A stretch of 64,000 bases of DNA from Pseudonocardiaceae bacterium (lineage in GTDB: Bacteria; Actinomycetota; Actinomycetes; Mycobacteriales; Pseudonocardiaceae): positions 9,186 to 73,185 of the forward strand of contig DASZLR010000141.1 in NCBI GenBank assembly GCA_035552275.1, written 5' to 3'. The number at the start of each line of letters is the position of its first letter. Position 1 is the first letter of the stretch. The notes beneath the pieces are model-generated. The model worked only from the letters and a program-made list of their open reading frames with translations. It was not told where the DNA came from and did not search any database. The translations under genes were made by a program, and so were the position numbers. Of this stretch, positions 62,806 to 64,000 are shown one piece after another.

Positions 62806-63800
62806 CCCAGCACTCCGCCGCCGCTGACCGGCGCGCCGACACCGCGCGGCAGCTGCAGCGGCGACCCCTGCGCCCCGCGCAGCCGCAGCGACCCGAGCCC
62901 GTCCCGGAGCCGGAGCAGCAGCCCCCGCACCGGCAGCGGCACGCGATGCAGGAGGAGACCCAGGCGTTCTACCTGCGGCACGAGGACGTGACCCAGGTGT
63001 TGCGGCCGATCCGCGAACGGCCGTGGTCCAGCAGCGGGTTCGGCAGCCAGGTGTGGGTGCTCACCGTCCGCTCGCTGCGCACCGTGTTCGGCGACTTCAA
63101 GCTGGTCTTCTTCGGACTGTTGCAGCCAGTCGTGCTGTTGCTGCTGTTCAGCCAGGTGTTCAAGGGCGTCGGCTCGCTGCCGTCGGTGTCGGTCTACCGG
63201 ACCTACGTCAACTACCTGATGCCGGCCACCCTGGTCAACATCGCGATGACCACCGCGATGTCCTCGGGTGTCGGGCTGTTGGCCGAGATCTACACCGGGT
63301 TCATCGGCCGGCTGCGCGCGATGCCGATCAACATGCTCTCGGTGCTGGTCGCGCGCACCTTGTCCGACGCCGTGCGGCTGGCGGTGCAACTGGTGGTGAT
63401 CGTCGTCGCCGCCGTGTTGTTCCTGGACTTCCGGCCGGCCGGCGTGCTCGGCATCACCGCCGCCACCGCGCTGTCCGTGGTGGCCGGCTGGGGTCTGGGC
63501 TGGCTGTTCGTGGCGATCGCGACCTGGCAGAACAAGCCGGAGACGATGCAGGCCGTCTCGTTCATCGTGATGTTCCCGCTGATGTTCGCGTCCAACGCGT
63601 ACATGCCGGTGCAGGCGCTGCCCGGCTGGTTGCAACTGGTGGCCAAGGGCAACCCGCTGACCTACGTGATCAGCGCCGAGCGGGAACTGTCGCTGGGTCT
63701 GCCGATCGACTCGGCACTGCCGATCGCGCTCGCCCTGGTGGCCGCCGCCGCGCTCATCGGCGGGTTCGCCTCGGCCCGCAACTTTCGCCGCACCCGCTAG
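62802..63800 (+). CDS. ABC-2 type transporter permease (DrrB-like)
   Basis: The ATG at 62802 overlaps the ATPase stop (ATGA). A roughly 90-aa Arg/Pro/Gln-rich cytoplasmic N-terminus is followed by six hydrophobic segments typical of ABC-2 permeases. Confidence 0.8.
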   Translation: MTQHSAAADRRADTARQLQRRPLRPAQPQRPEPVPEPEQQPPHRQRHAMQEETQAFYLRHEDVTQVLRPIRERPWSSSGFGSQVWVLTVRSLRTVFGDFKLVFFGLLQPVVLLLLFSQVFKGVGSLPSVSVYRTYVNYLMPATLVNIAMTTAMSSGVGLLAEIYTGFIGRLRAMPINMLSVLVARTLSDAVRLAVQLVVIVVAAVLFLDFRPAGVLGITAATALSVVAGWGLGWLFVAIATWQNKPETMQAVSFIVMFPLMFASNAYMPVQALPGWLQLVAKGNPLTYVISAERELSLGLPIDSALPIALALVAAAALIGGFASARNFRRTR

Positions 63801-64000
63801 TCGGTGACAAAGACCCGGCCGCTTCGCCGCCTGCGGTGACAAAACTTCGGCTGGTCCGGTGACGCGATCCGAAATGGACGTGGCCGGCATCGGCGTGTCG
63901 GCGTAACCTATCGCACCGCTGTGACATAGGACACCCGGCGCGTGGCCGGTGGAAGGATCAATGATGATCAGGATGTCACGGGCTCGGCTGGGTGTCGGCG

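Noticed and set aside
63961-64000. A possible gene start (ATGATGATCAGGATGTCACGG...) at the right edge
   Set aside because: Only 13 codons are visible, which is too few to support a call.

Overview
This is a high-GC (roughly 70%) actinobacterial chromosomal segment dominated by cell-envelope and lipid functions. I saw no rRNA, tRNA or CRISPR array.

**Layout, left to right**
1. **1-9257:** a tandem array of six paralogous secreted proteins. Each has a signal peptide, a conserved N-domain, a hypervariable Thr/Ser/Pro linker and a conserved C-domain. The sixth copy replaces the C-domain with an LAYTG sortase signal. Four copies have their own promoter-like box and conserved leader, and four have a clear hairpin terminator.
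2. **9676-19065:** a complete mce lipid-uptake operon (ATPase, two YrbE permeases, MceA-F), followed by a secreted LIP-family lipase.
3. **21180-34262:** an orphan iterative PKS / secondary-lipid-synthase-like operon. It encodes an SDR, a 2347-aa ER-ER-KS-AT-ACP-KR protein, an AT-DH protein with a PPTase-like tail, a discrete ACP, an alpha/beta hydrolase and a GT1 glycosyltransferase.
4. **34914-38958:** a ferredoxin-reductase / DesA3-like desaturase / fatty acyl-AMP ligase operon behind a long low-GC leader.
5. **38984-44919:** a DUF222/HNH endonuclease gene split exactly inside its HNH motif by a 4.7-kb insert. I read the insert as two nested group II introns (a twintron), each with an intact reverse-transcriptase/maturase ORF and a textbook domain V.
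6. **45021-48631:** a PucR-type regulator and a DUF2961/GH172-like secreted protein.
7. **48751-60113 (minus strand):** a FAAL, a 2299-aa PKS (ACP-KS-AT-DH-KR-ACP-degenerate carrier-TE), an acyl-CoA carboxylase beta subunit and an Ag85-family esterase. The gene order recalls fadD32-pks13-accD4.
8. **60396-63800:** a glutaryl-CoA-dehydrogenase-like ACAD and a DrrAB-like ABC exporter.

**Limits**
- All family calls come from motif recognition by eye; no database searches were run.
- Many long alternative-frame and antisense ORFs in the track are high-GC artefacts and were rejected.
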